The notes beneath the pieces are model-generated. The model saw nothing but the letters and a program-made list of their open reading frames with translations, was not told where the DNA came from and searched no databases. Made by a program: the position numbers and the translations under genes. From Caecitellus pseudoparvulus (Eukaryota > Protista > Bigyra: Bicosoecida), in NCBI GenBank assembly GCA_965644315.1, contig CBFFRQ010000042.1:248001-312000 (forward strand): a DNA stretch of 64,000 nt, read 5' to 3'. Each line of letters begins with the position of its first letter. The first letter of the stretch is position 1. This document shows, in pieces, positions 53,501 through 61,520 of this stretch.

Positions 53501-53890
53501 GCGACAGGGGCGGGGACAGCGCCCTGACGAGTGCACGTTGGCTTGTTCGCCTTGGTTCACCTGCCCCGGCAGCATCTCGTCGCCACAGCACAGGCATGCG
53601 CAGCAGTGCACCGCCGAACACGCACCAATGGCGCAGCGCACTCCGAACGTCGCTGCACACGCGCCCGCGTCACAGCACATGCCACCCAAACCACAGCACT
53701 CCCGCGGCGATGCTGTCGTGGATGCTCCCAATCCTAGGTGGCCGACACTGCCATTTGTGGAGGTAGACCGTGAATACGGCACGGCTGACCGGCGCCTCGA
53801 GCCATGGCGCTGCAAAGACGGGGACGGCGTGTGTGTCGTGCCAGGCGTGGACAGGGTCTCTCGGTCTTCTTCTTGGTACTTGGACACCAT
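50513..53890 (-). CDS. Two-pore cation channel (TPC) with an EF-hand linker
   Basis: Two 6-TM repeats; S4 segments FRFASPLRPML and ARAARMLRFI; pore regions NFNTFGNG..SSENYPDI and YSTFGST..LTVGNN; EF-hand DVDGDGDITILEW. Confidence 0.88.
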   Translation of the reverse strand: MVSKYQEEDRETLSTPGTTHTPSPSLQRHGSRRRSAVPYSRSTSTNGSVGHLGLGASTTASPRECCGLGGMCCDAGACAATFGVRCAIGACSAVHCCACLCCGDEMLPGQVNQGEQANVHSSGRCPRPCRRRAGRTLRRCISCDDPSLGINLLQSRLYRVFVQLVAIVHCMLMFWEHVPGTAGSPAFSWGPGLVELACIGVYCLDQGVRLRLRGPSMYLDKKWEGAFAVAALAAAVDWVLFYPLALRHVFRFASPLRPMLFIAKKSAHRRMLASVLRTIPRIFDITALLCVVLGFYAVLGQQLFSDALVPEYTRAWDNFNTFGNGALAMFIVKSSENYPDILYQAMPSRPIIALVFYISAVYVLFWFVLPLFLSVVYDYYQEVHRSQAAAKRLKSYPPLVLAYQVIMQGDGDGEMNYDLLREFLPYVSVLYDTSAVARPVFKALDVDGDGDITILEWLHLPAALKLGAVQASASIGADSEDEDSEEEEEEEEVRAVSQEATPLGADPSDATPRAVHFAAASPATAHSATPVGSSRDVLGGTAAARRRALRRAVAEGMAGRAWYRTQGACCSTLSRFKPYRMVVSQGTAILIGLIVTLWDEASTSRYRHCLLGGYGAACVNWGQSWYPLLSCVLMVVSVADLVVRAVGSRGGVAAWWHASHWHKLDVVLVLWTAVSEWTLLFCLTARTRVSFTSMQVLQVARAARMLRFITVFKRFRHFLDSLGSVIIVTFRMTVIYCGITYAFATVGFPMFQNIPATAGEATGVDSPREWDYSTFGSTLLVLLQLTVGNNINDNIYTGIYGRSRWYALYYVAYFFLCATVIFEIVVGVTIELYVAAQEQRAVDEQARAMVRAAKKEDRAAKRAARSASVTEGGAAAGPATRPGAPGGPLPPARPSVSSMESEGLPAGGGIHGFKPLAVKRHNEVLSTLAAASAAQRPDGGGSGVLAASSFSPPPGTRRTRAATGGDLGVRAPLLPRGGGGVGPPPPPPRPSAAPQQTHPEAPASPAEAPAHGDKAAFSVDFVGALTGGSLLGAASTALHGVISPDELRLLESALATQERALLGSTQGPARVPSPSRDAGPPTPSLGSASASFWAAVTSAPARETAGSGNGTELGQQLWRQDSDSD

Positions 53891-54723
53891 GCTCGCGATG
53901 CGTTGGTAGTCAGGCTGACGCGCCTCGATGGCATCTGCGCGGGGGGGAGTGGCGAGGGGTGCCACGCAAGCGGTGTGCTGTTGTTGCTGCTGTTGCTGCT
54001 GCTGCCATGCCTGGCAAGCTACGCACCCCGTACAAGGACAGCTGCGACGCGGAAGCGACTGTCCAGCGTCATGGAGGCAGGGCTTACAGGGCTTGACGCC
54101 GTCTCTGGCCGCGCAGGCAGCCCGCTCGCACCAGCCACCCTGCTCCTGGGCTGCTGCACTGCAGGTGAGCTGGAAACGCCCAGCGCGCCCAGCATGTTGC
54201 TGTTGAAGAGAGGTACAGACTTTCGAGATTTTTGACGCTGCACTGGCGCTCTGGGCGCAGGCTTCCCCAGAGCCTCCTCCATCCTGGCTTGACTTTGCTG
54301 CGTGGATTCTCTGCGAAGCGCTCGGCGAACCCGCACGTGTTGCTGCGAGGGCGCTGGCAGCCCTGGTGCACGGCCTCAGGGCTGGCGGAGGCCCGCGCAC
54401 ACTTGCACGGGCTGCCAAAGTCGTCAGTGCGGGCGGCCCAATGCGCTCTAGACGAGGCACTTGTGTTGAAGTGGCAGTGCGTCATGAATGCCAACGGGCT
54501 GGGCACCTGACCCTTCGCCTCTGCCCCGCTGCAGCGCTGCGCAAGGACCAACCTTGTGCCCAGGCGACCAGCAGCGCAGCGGACGCGGACAGCCACGTTG
54601 ACCAGGAGTTTGTACTGGCTCCCCAAACGCCCTTCGCGACTGGTTCGAGTGGGCCTGGCACTGAGTGACTGCCCTGCCAAGGCAGCTGCAGCAGGAGTAG
54701 CAGCGGAAATTGGTTGCGCTGCC

Positions 54724-55599
54724 ATGGCATCAAATCCCACTGCGTCGGCGATTCCCAGGGCGCTGACCGCCGACGAACTCCTGCTCCGCATGCAGAAGTC
54801 AAGGCCTGGTGTGGAGACACCGGGGGCTTCCAGTGCACCCACATCCGCACCTGCAGACGCCGACACCAAGCCAGCTGCATCTCTGCCTCTAGCAAGGCTA
54901 GAGCGAGAAGCCCGCCTGTCCCGCCGGCAGCCATTGACGGCAGCAGAGCAGCGGGAGCGATTCCCCATCCTGAAACATGCCCCCGTGGATGGTGCGGCAG
55001 GGTCGGCTGCCATCGGCGTGAAGCCTCTGGGCGTGGCGCTGCGCAATGTCAAGTGCTCCAAGTGCGGGCGCTGGGGCCACCAGCGAGGGGACCGGGAGTG
55101 CCCCGAGCTGCACGTCATCAGTGCCCGGGACGCGGAGCGCCTGCACCGGGAGGACCCCATGTCGTACATGCCCGCTGATGAAGCATGGCGGCGGCGCCAG
55201 CCCCGCCCCACTGCCGCGGACGCTGCCGTTGACGCAGCCAAGGATGCTGCCATCTGCACTGCTCACGGCCTGCAGCCCATGGAAAGGGGGTCCTCCATCA
55301 CAGACACACACGGGTACGTGCCCGAGGCGGACCCTGCCTTCCAGGCTGCCCAGGTGGTGGCAGCAGCGGCCCGTCACAGCTCCAAGCGCCGGCGCTCTGG
55401 CAGTGACCGACACAGGCGGAGGTCCAAGGCCCCCCGCGGGCGTCACGAAGACAAGGAGGAGGCACAGGTGGACACCTTGCTGGCCGACCTGGACCCTGCC
55501 GCCAGACGCCGCCTGCTCGCGTCCATCCTGCGTGCGGAGGGGGACGAGGTGGGGGCGGCGGAGGCGGCCGCTGAGGCCGCCCGCTTGGCTCTCCGCTGA
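54724..55599 (+). CDS. CIR1/RP9-like zinc-knuckle (splicing-associated) protein
   Basis: ERFPILKHAP; VKPLGVALRNVKCSKCGRWGHQRGDRECP; EDPM; R/S-rich tail. Confidence 0.75.
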   Translation: MASNPTASAIPRALTADELLLRMQKSRPGVETPGASSAPTSAPADADTKPAASLPLARLEREARLSRRQPLTAAEQRERFPILKHAPVDGAAGSAAIGVKPLGVALRNVKCSKCGRWGHQRGDRECPELHVISARDAERLHREDPMSYMPADEAWRRRQPRPTAADAAVDAAKDAAICTAHGLQPMERGSSITDTHGYVPEADPAFQAAQVVAAAARHSSKRRRSGSDRHRRRSKAPRGRHEDKEEAQVDTLLADLDPAARRRLLASILRAEGDEVGAAEAAAEAARLALR

Positions 55600-55627
55600 C
55601 ACCCGCCCACAGCATGCAGGAGTGCAT

Positions 55628-57030
55628 TCACAAGAAGCCTGCCGTGGAGCGGCGGCGGGCGGCCAGCTTCTGCTTGTGCATGCGCCACAGCTCCAGAGCA
55701 GCCTTGGTGCAGGGGCAGATGTCGTCGGAGTTCACGTCGCTGGTCTTGTCCTCGTCCTCTGACGGCGCTGGAGCGGCCGTGGCAGGCGCTGCGTCACCGC
55801 CCTCGCTCTGCATGGCGCGGCAGCCCGACACGTTTACGCCCGGCTCGGTGGTGTTCACAGACAGCAGCTGGGTGGCGGGGGCCAGGATGAGGGCGGAGGA
55901 CTGCTGGTCCTTGCTGCCGAGCGCGTAGCGAGCCTGCAGGTCTCCCAGCGTGCCGGAGTACTTGGCGTAGAAGACCGCGGAGAGCATGCCGGGCGTCTTG
56001 ACGCCCCGCACGACGCCCAGGAACGTCTGCCCCCGCACCTTCTCGCTCTCCAAGTTCAACTCGTCTGCCACCTCAGACAGGGCCGAGTCGAAGAGCTGCG
56101 CGACGACTTCCCCGCCGACACTGGCGGGGTCAAAGGCAGCTGCACGCCCGGGCCGCCTGGCCTTGGCTGGAGCGCCCACCACCACCACGGCGTTGAGGGG
56201 GATGCCCACTGCCGATGGCTCAGGCGTGCCGACTGGCGTGTCCACGGCGCCAGGGGCGTGCTTGGCGTGCCCTGGCCGCAGCAGGAGAGGCACAAATCCA
56301 TCCGTGGACTCCAGCACCACCGTGCACTCCAGCGGGTCTGCGAGGAACTTGTGGGCCGAGCCAGCTGCCTTGCCCTTGGCCTCCAGCTCAGGCGCTGTGG
56401 CTGCCAGGTTCGTCGTGCGGTACGCCTTGACGTCGGTCAGCCCAATGTCTAGACGGGCACTGCCGTCCTTCGACACGGCACCTCCTGAGAACCGGAACTT
56501 TGACCCTGCACGGCGGTCCGGCGGTTGTTGTGGTGTGGGTGGCAGCAGAGGACCAGCGCTGACGTGCGCGCACGCCTCGCACAGAGGGGGCGACATCACT
56601 AGACTGGGGCAAGGAATGCATGCCCCATAAGGCACATAGGGAAGAAGGCACGCCGCATGCCAAGCGCGCATCACAGCCCGGGCAGAGGGTCAGCGTCAGC
56701 CGCCGCACAGCGACCAGGCCACGTACAACGGAACTGCAGCACAACTACTCACCGTTGTACAGGCGTGGGTTGGCACGCTTGGCAGCCTTCCATGCCTCGT
56801 CAATGCCGGCTTCTGTCGTCTCGTCGGCCATGTGCCGGCCGAACTTGGTGGCGTCGAAGGCAACCTGGGCCACGTCGGCAAGTCCGTGTGCACGCGGAGC
56901 CGGTGCCCACGCCGCCGCTTTGGGCCACACGCACCGTCATGGCATCTGCCTTCACGCCAACGCTGGCATCCACAAGGATCTTGAACTCAGCAACCTCTGA
57001 GATTGTGCCGCTGCCGCCTAGAGCTGCCAT
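55628..57030 (-). CDS. NUDT22: NUDT22-like Nudix protein (divergent)
   Basis: Introns 56865-56934 and 56506-56752; IDEAW..NPRLYNGSKFR, IGLTD..TTN, LADPL, STDG, APGAVDTPVGTPEP, LFDSALSEVADELNL. Confidence 0.8.
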
Positions 57031-57777
57031 GACGTCCAGTCCAGTGTGCCTAGGTGTGCTCCGCCGTCACCAACGCCCGGCGCAGTGCTGACTGCTGTTC
57101 TCCACCTTCAAAAGCACGAAGCAGCACGGCTGGAAGCTGCACATGACGAGCAGGTGCACGCTGGTTGAAGTGGCTGTCGGCATCGAATTGGGTAGTCTTC
57201 AGATCTGGGCGGTAGATAGGGCAGTCGGCGCCGCTTCGGCCGGCCTGTGCAGTCAGCTCCTCAAACGCGACGAGCAACCTTGCCTCGCGTGCGAGCCTTC
57301 CACGCAGCGGACAGCTCGCTGAAATGCGAGCTTCTGTGGGAGAGCGATGCCACATATTTAACAGGGGAGGTTGCAGGAAGAACCTTCGCAAGAGGGATCA
57401 ATGAGCGCGGCTGTGGTTGCAGGGCTGCCCATGGCAGCGCTGTCGTGGTCCTCTCATTGCGGAAGTTGCTGGAGATGTCCACAAGTTCCCCGCGCAGATA
57501 AATTATTTAAATCAGGGGCTGTGTCCGGCCATGTCGCCCAGCAGCACAGCTGAATACACAAGGTGAGACCCTTCTCAAGTGCCTTGGCCTCCTACAAGAG
57601 GCCTCAGCACGCCGCCGCGAAGGACCACTTGTGCACCTCCACCACGCCGAGTCTGCTTCCCCTTCTGTTGCTCGCCGCTTGGCAGAGAGGCTCACAGTCG
57701 GAGACGCCACCTTACCGTGACATTGCTGTGGTAGACAGCGCCTCAACTGCCCATGGGTGCACGCACAAAGGTCTAGA

Positions 57778-58728
57778 ATGGCGGCTGGTGCTGGTGCTGG
57801 TGTTGATGCTGTGAGGAGGCAGCCGCTGCCAATCCGCATTGACGTCGCCAACCCAGCGTCCGAGGATGACCAGGTGCTGCTCAACGTGTACTTGTCAAAA
57901 AAGGGCAAGCGCCCCGCATTTTCATTCAGCCAGATCCTTCCTGGGGGCTTCCCTGCGGCCAGCGTTCAAGCCCAGCTGGACTTTGAAGCACAGGCAGCTG
58001 CCTGGCTCCGATCGGAAGAGGCGGAGGAGAAGTGGCGAGCCTTGCCGCAAAGCAACGGGAGTGAACCTCTGAAAGACCGTGAAGTTGTCTGCCGCAGTGC
58101 ACTGTTGCAGCGTGTCCCGAACGGCTTCCTTGCGGCGGTGGGGAGTGCCGAGAGTCTGAACCACGTCATCTCCGCCGCCCCAGTGACACCAGAAGGCGAT
58201 GGTGGCTATGCTGTGGCTGCGCCACTTGCAGAGCTTTACATGTGGGCTAGTTCACGGAAAAAGAATCAGGCAGCAGCATGGGGTCATCTGGTGCGCGCTG
58301 TCGAGGCGCTCGGAGAAGGTGTGCCTGCTGCTTGGAGCCGGGTGCTTGCCGGCGAATGTCCTGCGAAACCACATGGCATGTTGAAGGCTCTATTGGAGTC
58401 CCCCACCCTTGTGGCAGCCCGGAAAGCAGGTGAATGTGTCCTTGTGGTTGGTCAGGTGTGTAAAGGAAAGGAGGTGAAAGTGGAGTTGCCTGGCGGCAAG
58501 CGGAACGCCGGCGAGACCACATTGGAGGGCGCGCTCCGGGAGTTTACGGAGGAGTCTGGCTGCTCAAATGGCGACATTGAGGTGGTTGGGCCCCCTGTTC
58601 AGTTTGAAGGCACGTTTTCTGGCTCCGCACTGGTCATGGCCTCGCCAGCAGCGAGCCTGCTCGACGCAGCGCGGCAGGGCGAAGGCTCACTTGCGATGCC
58701 AGCTGAGGCAGACCCTTCAGGCCAATGA
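57778..58728 (+). CDS. Nudix hydrolase with an uncharacterised N-terminal domain (paralog 1, intact Nudix box)
   Basis: ELPGGKRNAGETTLEGALREFTEESG is a canonical GX5EX7REUXEEXG box. Confidence 0.85.
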   Translation: MAAGAGAGVDAVRRQPLPIRIDVANPASEDDQVLLNVYLSKKGKRPAFSFSQILPGGFPAASVQAQLDFEAQAAAWLRSEEAEEKWRALPQSNGSEPLKDREVVCRSALLQRVPNGFLAAVGSAESLNHVISAAPVTPEGDGGYAVAAPLAELYMWASSRKKNQAAAWGHLVRAVEALGEGVPAAWSRVLAGECPAKPHGMLKALLESPTLVAARKAGECVLVVGQVCKGKEVKVELPGGKRNAGETTLEGALREFTEESGCSNGDIEVVGPPVQFEGTFSGSALVMASPAASLLDAARQGEGSLAMPAEADPSGQ

Positions 58729-59027
58729 CGGAAGCCTTGGTCTGTGCTGAGACCCGTGATGGCGCGATTGGCAGCGAAGCTGAAGTGCCGTGCCCTCCCT
58801 GAAGGGATCCTGGGCTCGGCAATGCACAAGGTTTTCTACAACCTACTCCACATAATTTCCCCCCACCAGCCTTGCACGACCAACGTTATCACCCTACATC
58901 AATCTCTTTCGCTCAATCCGCCACTGTGGGTGAAACCGCCCTTGCGGGCCCAGCTGCTGCTTGTCGCATGTGCTCGTCGAAAGCTCCACTGGCGCACTCC
59001 CGCACCACGCAGGCAACATCGCACAGC

Positions 59028-60038
59028 ATGGCTTATCGAAGCTGGTCTGATGAAGAAGAAGATGTCGAGGAGGAGCCTGCTTACTCACTGAAGCTGAAGC
59101 TCAGGGATGACGGCAAGATTGGCATGAGCGGCGTCGCTAAGATGCCGCTGAGCAGCACTCAGCCAGGTGTCAAAGAGTTCACCGGCAGCGCTTTCCTCTC
59201 ACTCAGTGGTGCGCCCCCCACGCTAGACTCACCAGACAGTTATTTACAGCTGGAAAGGCGGGCTGCTAAGGAGATTCTCGACTCACCGGACTTCATTTGC
59301 AGGGTGTGGCGGCAGCGTGGCCAGCATGCTCACGGCTTCTTGGATTCTCTCAGGGCGGGAGCTGTGCCAATTCAGCTTGGTCGAAGCTTCCTGCTACATA
59401 ATCCTAACGGGTTCATGCTGATCTCCTGTTCGGCGGAGGGCGTGGCGCGCCTGCGGGCCCGCGCCACTCTGCCTCCAAAGGAGACAGACGACGAACTGCA
59501 AGAGTTTGGAGCAGCCGTGGGCGTCAAGGAGCTCCAAGCATGGATTGCCGAACCAGATAGCTCTGAAGCCAGTGCCGCCGTTGCGGACAGCCTGCAAGTC
59601 CTGTTGCCGGGGCAGGAGGAGTGTGACAAGCTGGAGGCGAAGTTGAAGAGCAGCGCGTACTTGTCACTGAACTCTGCATGCTCAGGTGTTGATCCAGCTT
59701 GCCTCGACAGCTGTGTAGGGGACTTTCTCGTCGTCCTGTGCGGTCTGAGTTACGGCACGGATCTTGACATCAACTTCCCCGGTGGGCGTCGATTGCCGGC
59801 TGAGGAATCCCTCAGCTGTGCGCTTCGCCGCCTGAGCTCAGAGGTTCGCATTCCTGCATCATCAATCCGACTCGCTTTGCATTACGGCAAGCTTCGCTCG
59901 CATGCTGGAGATGGGAGAGCTGAAGGTAGTGCCTTCTTCTACGCGGTCGAGGCGGAGGATGCTGACTCGTTTGAGGGCGAATACGCGGATGCACCTGGAG
60001 GAGGCGGGATTGCCGCTGCCGCTTTTGGTCAAGGCTGA
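59028..60038 (+). CDS. Nudix-like paralog 2 (degenerate box)
   Basis: NFPGGRRLPAEESLSCALRRLSSEVR; shares the NGFxxxxxSAE block with paralog 1. Confidence 0.75.
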   Translation: MAYRSWSDEEEDVEEEPAYSLKLKLRDDGKIGMSGVAKMPLSSTQPGVKEFTGSAFLSLSGAPPTLDSPDSYLQLERRAAKEILDSPDFICRVWRQRGQHAHGFLDSLRAGAVPIQLGRSFLLHNPNGFMLISCSAEGVARLRARATLPPKETDDELQEFGAAVGVKELQAWIAEPDSSEASAAVADSLQVLLPGQEECDKLEAKLKSSAYLSLNSACSGVDPACLDSCVGDFLVVLCGLSYGTDLDINFPGGRRLPAEESLSCALRRLSSEVRIPASSIRLALHYGKLRSHAGDGRAEGSAFFYAVEAEDADSFEGEYADAPGGGGIAAAAFGQG

Positions 60039-60314
60039 TAATGCCAGCAATGCACTCGGAGAGCTTTCACCGGTGCTATATGCACAGAGGGGCTGCACAG
60101 GGGGGGGGGTCAGCAACCAGCTGCTTGCCATTTCGTGAGTTGCACAAATCCACGCCACGTAGAACCCCACCAACACCTCCACCACAGCTTTCAAGATCGG
60201 ACAGTCCCAGAAACTCATTCCTTTGACCTGCTTGCCCGTCTGGCAGGATTCCTCTCTTGATTCGCTTTGCTCAAGTAGTTGTTGCAGCCCAGGCAAAGCA
60301 CTTGCGATAACAAC

Positions 60315-61256
60315 ATGTCGAGCATTCAAGACATGACCGCCGAAGAGGCGCAGCATTTCATCATCCTCGTCAGCGCGACGTATGGGGTGTTTGACTTCAC
60401 CTTGGTTGCCAAGCGCAACAGGGCAGGGGCTGAAGGTGAGGAGGACTCTTGGAAACCGCGCGTGCAGCAGCAGCTGTGGGCCGTCGCGGAGGAAGAGTTC
60501 CAGCCCAACTCCACCGGAGAACGCGAAGCAGTTGCCATGCTGAAGGCTGATGGCAAGTGCACGGCCACCTTCCTCAAGGTTTTCGGCGACGGGCGCGAGG
60601 AAGGGCCATTCCAGGTCAGAGTGCCGCTTGAGCTGGCTGGGGAAAGTGGTTGCCCCGAGCTGTCCGTGACTGGGTACCTGTCACGCCGCGGTCTGTACGG
60701 CAGGATTGCAGCCGTCGGCACTGAGGAGGCCCTGCTTGACCTCATGCAATCCCCAGCTGCAGAGGAAGATGGCACGTTCTCTACCGCAGTGCCCACTGCC
60801 AGTCTCTTCAGGAAGACGGTAAGCGACGACGACTTGGCTCTGCTGAAGGAGATCGTGCAGGAGAATCTGGCACCTGACGGTGGCGTGAGCCAGGTTGACT
60901 CCTTGGAGGTGCACGTTGCGAGGGTTCCGTGGGCGTTGAGGAGCCGCCTGCTCACGAGGGAGGGCACTCCCAAGTCAGGCTGCGAGTTTGTCATCGTCGC
61001 GTGCACGAAGCGGGATGACAGCGTGATCGTCAGGCTTCCCGGTGGCCGTCGCCGCGTGGGTGAGAGCCAGGCCCAAGTGGCGAGCAGGTCTCTCCTGGAC
61101 AAGGCGGGCATGGACCTCAGCAAGTGCGGGGCCAAGCGAGGAGGAATTGTGCGCCGTCGAGGTGACCCAGCCGCTGTTTTCATCCACAAGATCTCCGGAC
61201 CGGAGGGAGCCGGCGACCCCAGTGCTGAAGCCGAGGGTGCAGCCGGGGCCCAGTGA
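60315..61256 (+). CDS. Nudix-like paralog 3 (highly degenerate box)
   Basis: RLPGGRRRVGESQAQVASRSLLDKAG; GRIAAVGTEEAL..DGTFSTAVP aligns with paralog 1 GFLAAVGSAESL..DGGYAVAAP. Confidence 0.7.
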   Translation: MSSIQDMTAEEAQHFIILVSATYGVFDFTLVAKRNRAGAEGEEDSWKPRVQQQLWAVAEEEFQPNSTGEREAVAMLKADGKCTATFLKVFGDGREEGPFQVRVPLELAGESGCPELSVTGYLSRRGLYGRIAAVGTEEALLDLMQSPAAEEDGTFSTAVPTASLFRKTVSDDDLALLKEIVQENLAPDGGVSQVDSLEVHVARVPWALRSRLLTREGTPKSGCEFVIVACTKRDDSVIVRLPGGRRRVGESQAQVASRSLLDKAGMDLSKCGAKRGGIVRRRGDPAAVFIHKISGPEGAGDPSAEAEGAAGAQ

Positions 61257-61520
61257 GCCCTCCACCTTCCAATGCACCAAAGCCAATCGTAATCAAAATT
61301 CAACAGCAGGACCACTTTAACGTTTCCCACCCCACCTCTGCTCCATGTCGGTACGACCGCAGGTCACCCACACGGTACTCCGCGAGGTTGGGAAGGTGGG
61401 CGGGCGTTCATGCTCGGCGCTTCCCTGCGGCGACTTCACCTCTTGTCGCGTGGTCGAGTCGCGCCGCTCTGTCCGTGGAACAATAGGGCCACACCCTTCA
61501 TCGCATTTTGCTCGGACAGC

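Noticed and set aside
53891-54460. N-terminal extension of the TPC ORF with a 9-Gln CAG/CAA tract
   Set aside because: It begins at a non-ATG codon in the ORF track; agcATGG at 53890 fits the local start context. Probably UTR or intergenic microsatellite, though not excluded.
57778-61256. Viral or horizontally acquired island for the Nudix triplet
   Set aside because: The region looks somewhat less GC-rich and its CDSs lack introns, but there are no viral hallmarks or boundary repeats. The genes carry host-type start contexts and the CAATGCA motif, and several host genes here are also intronless.
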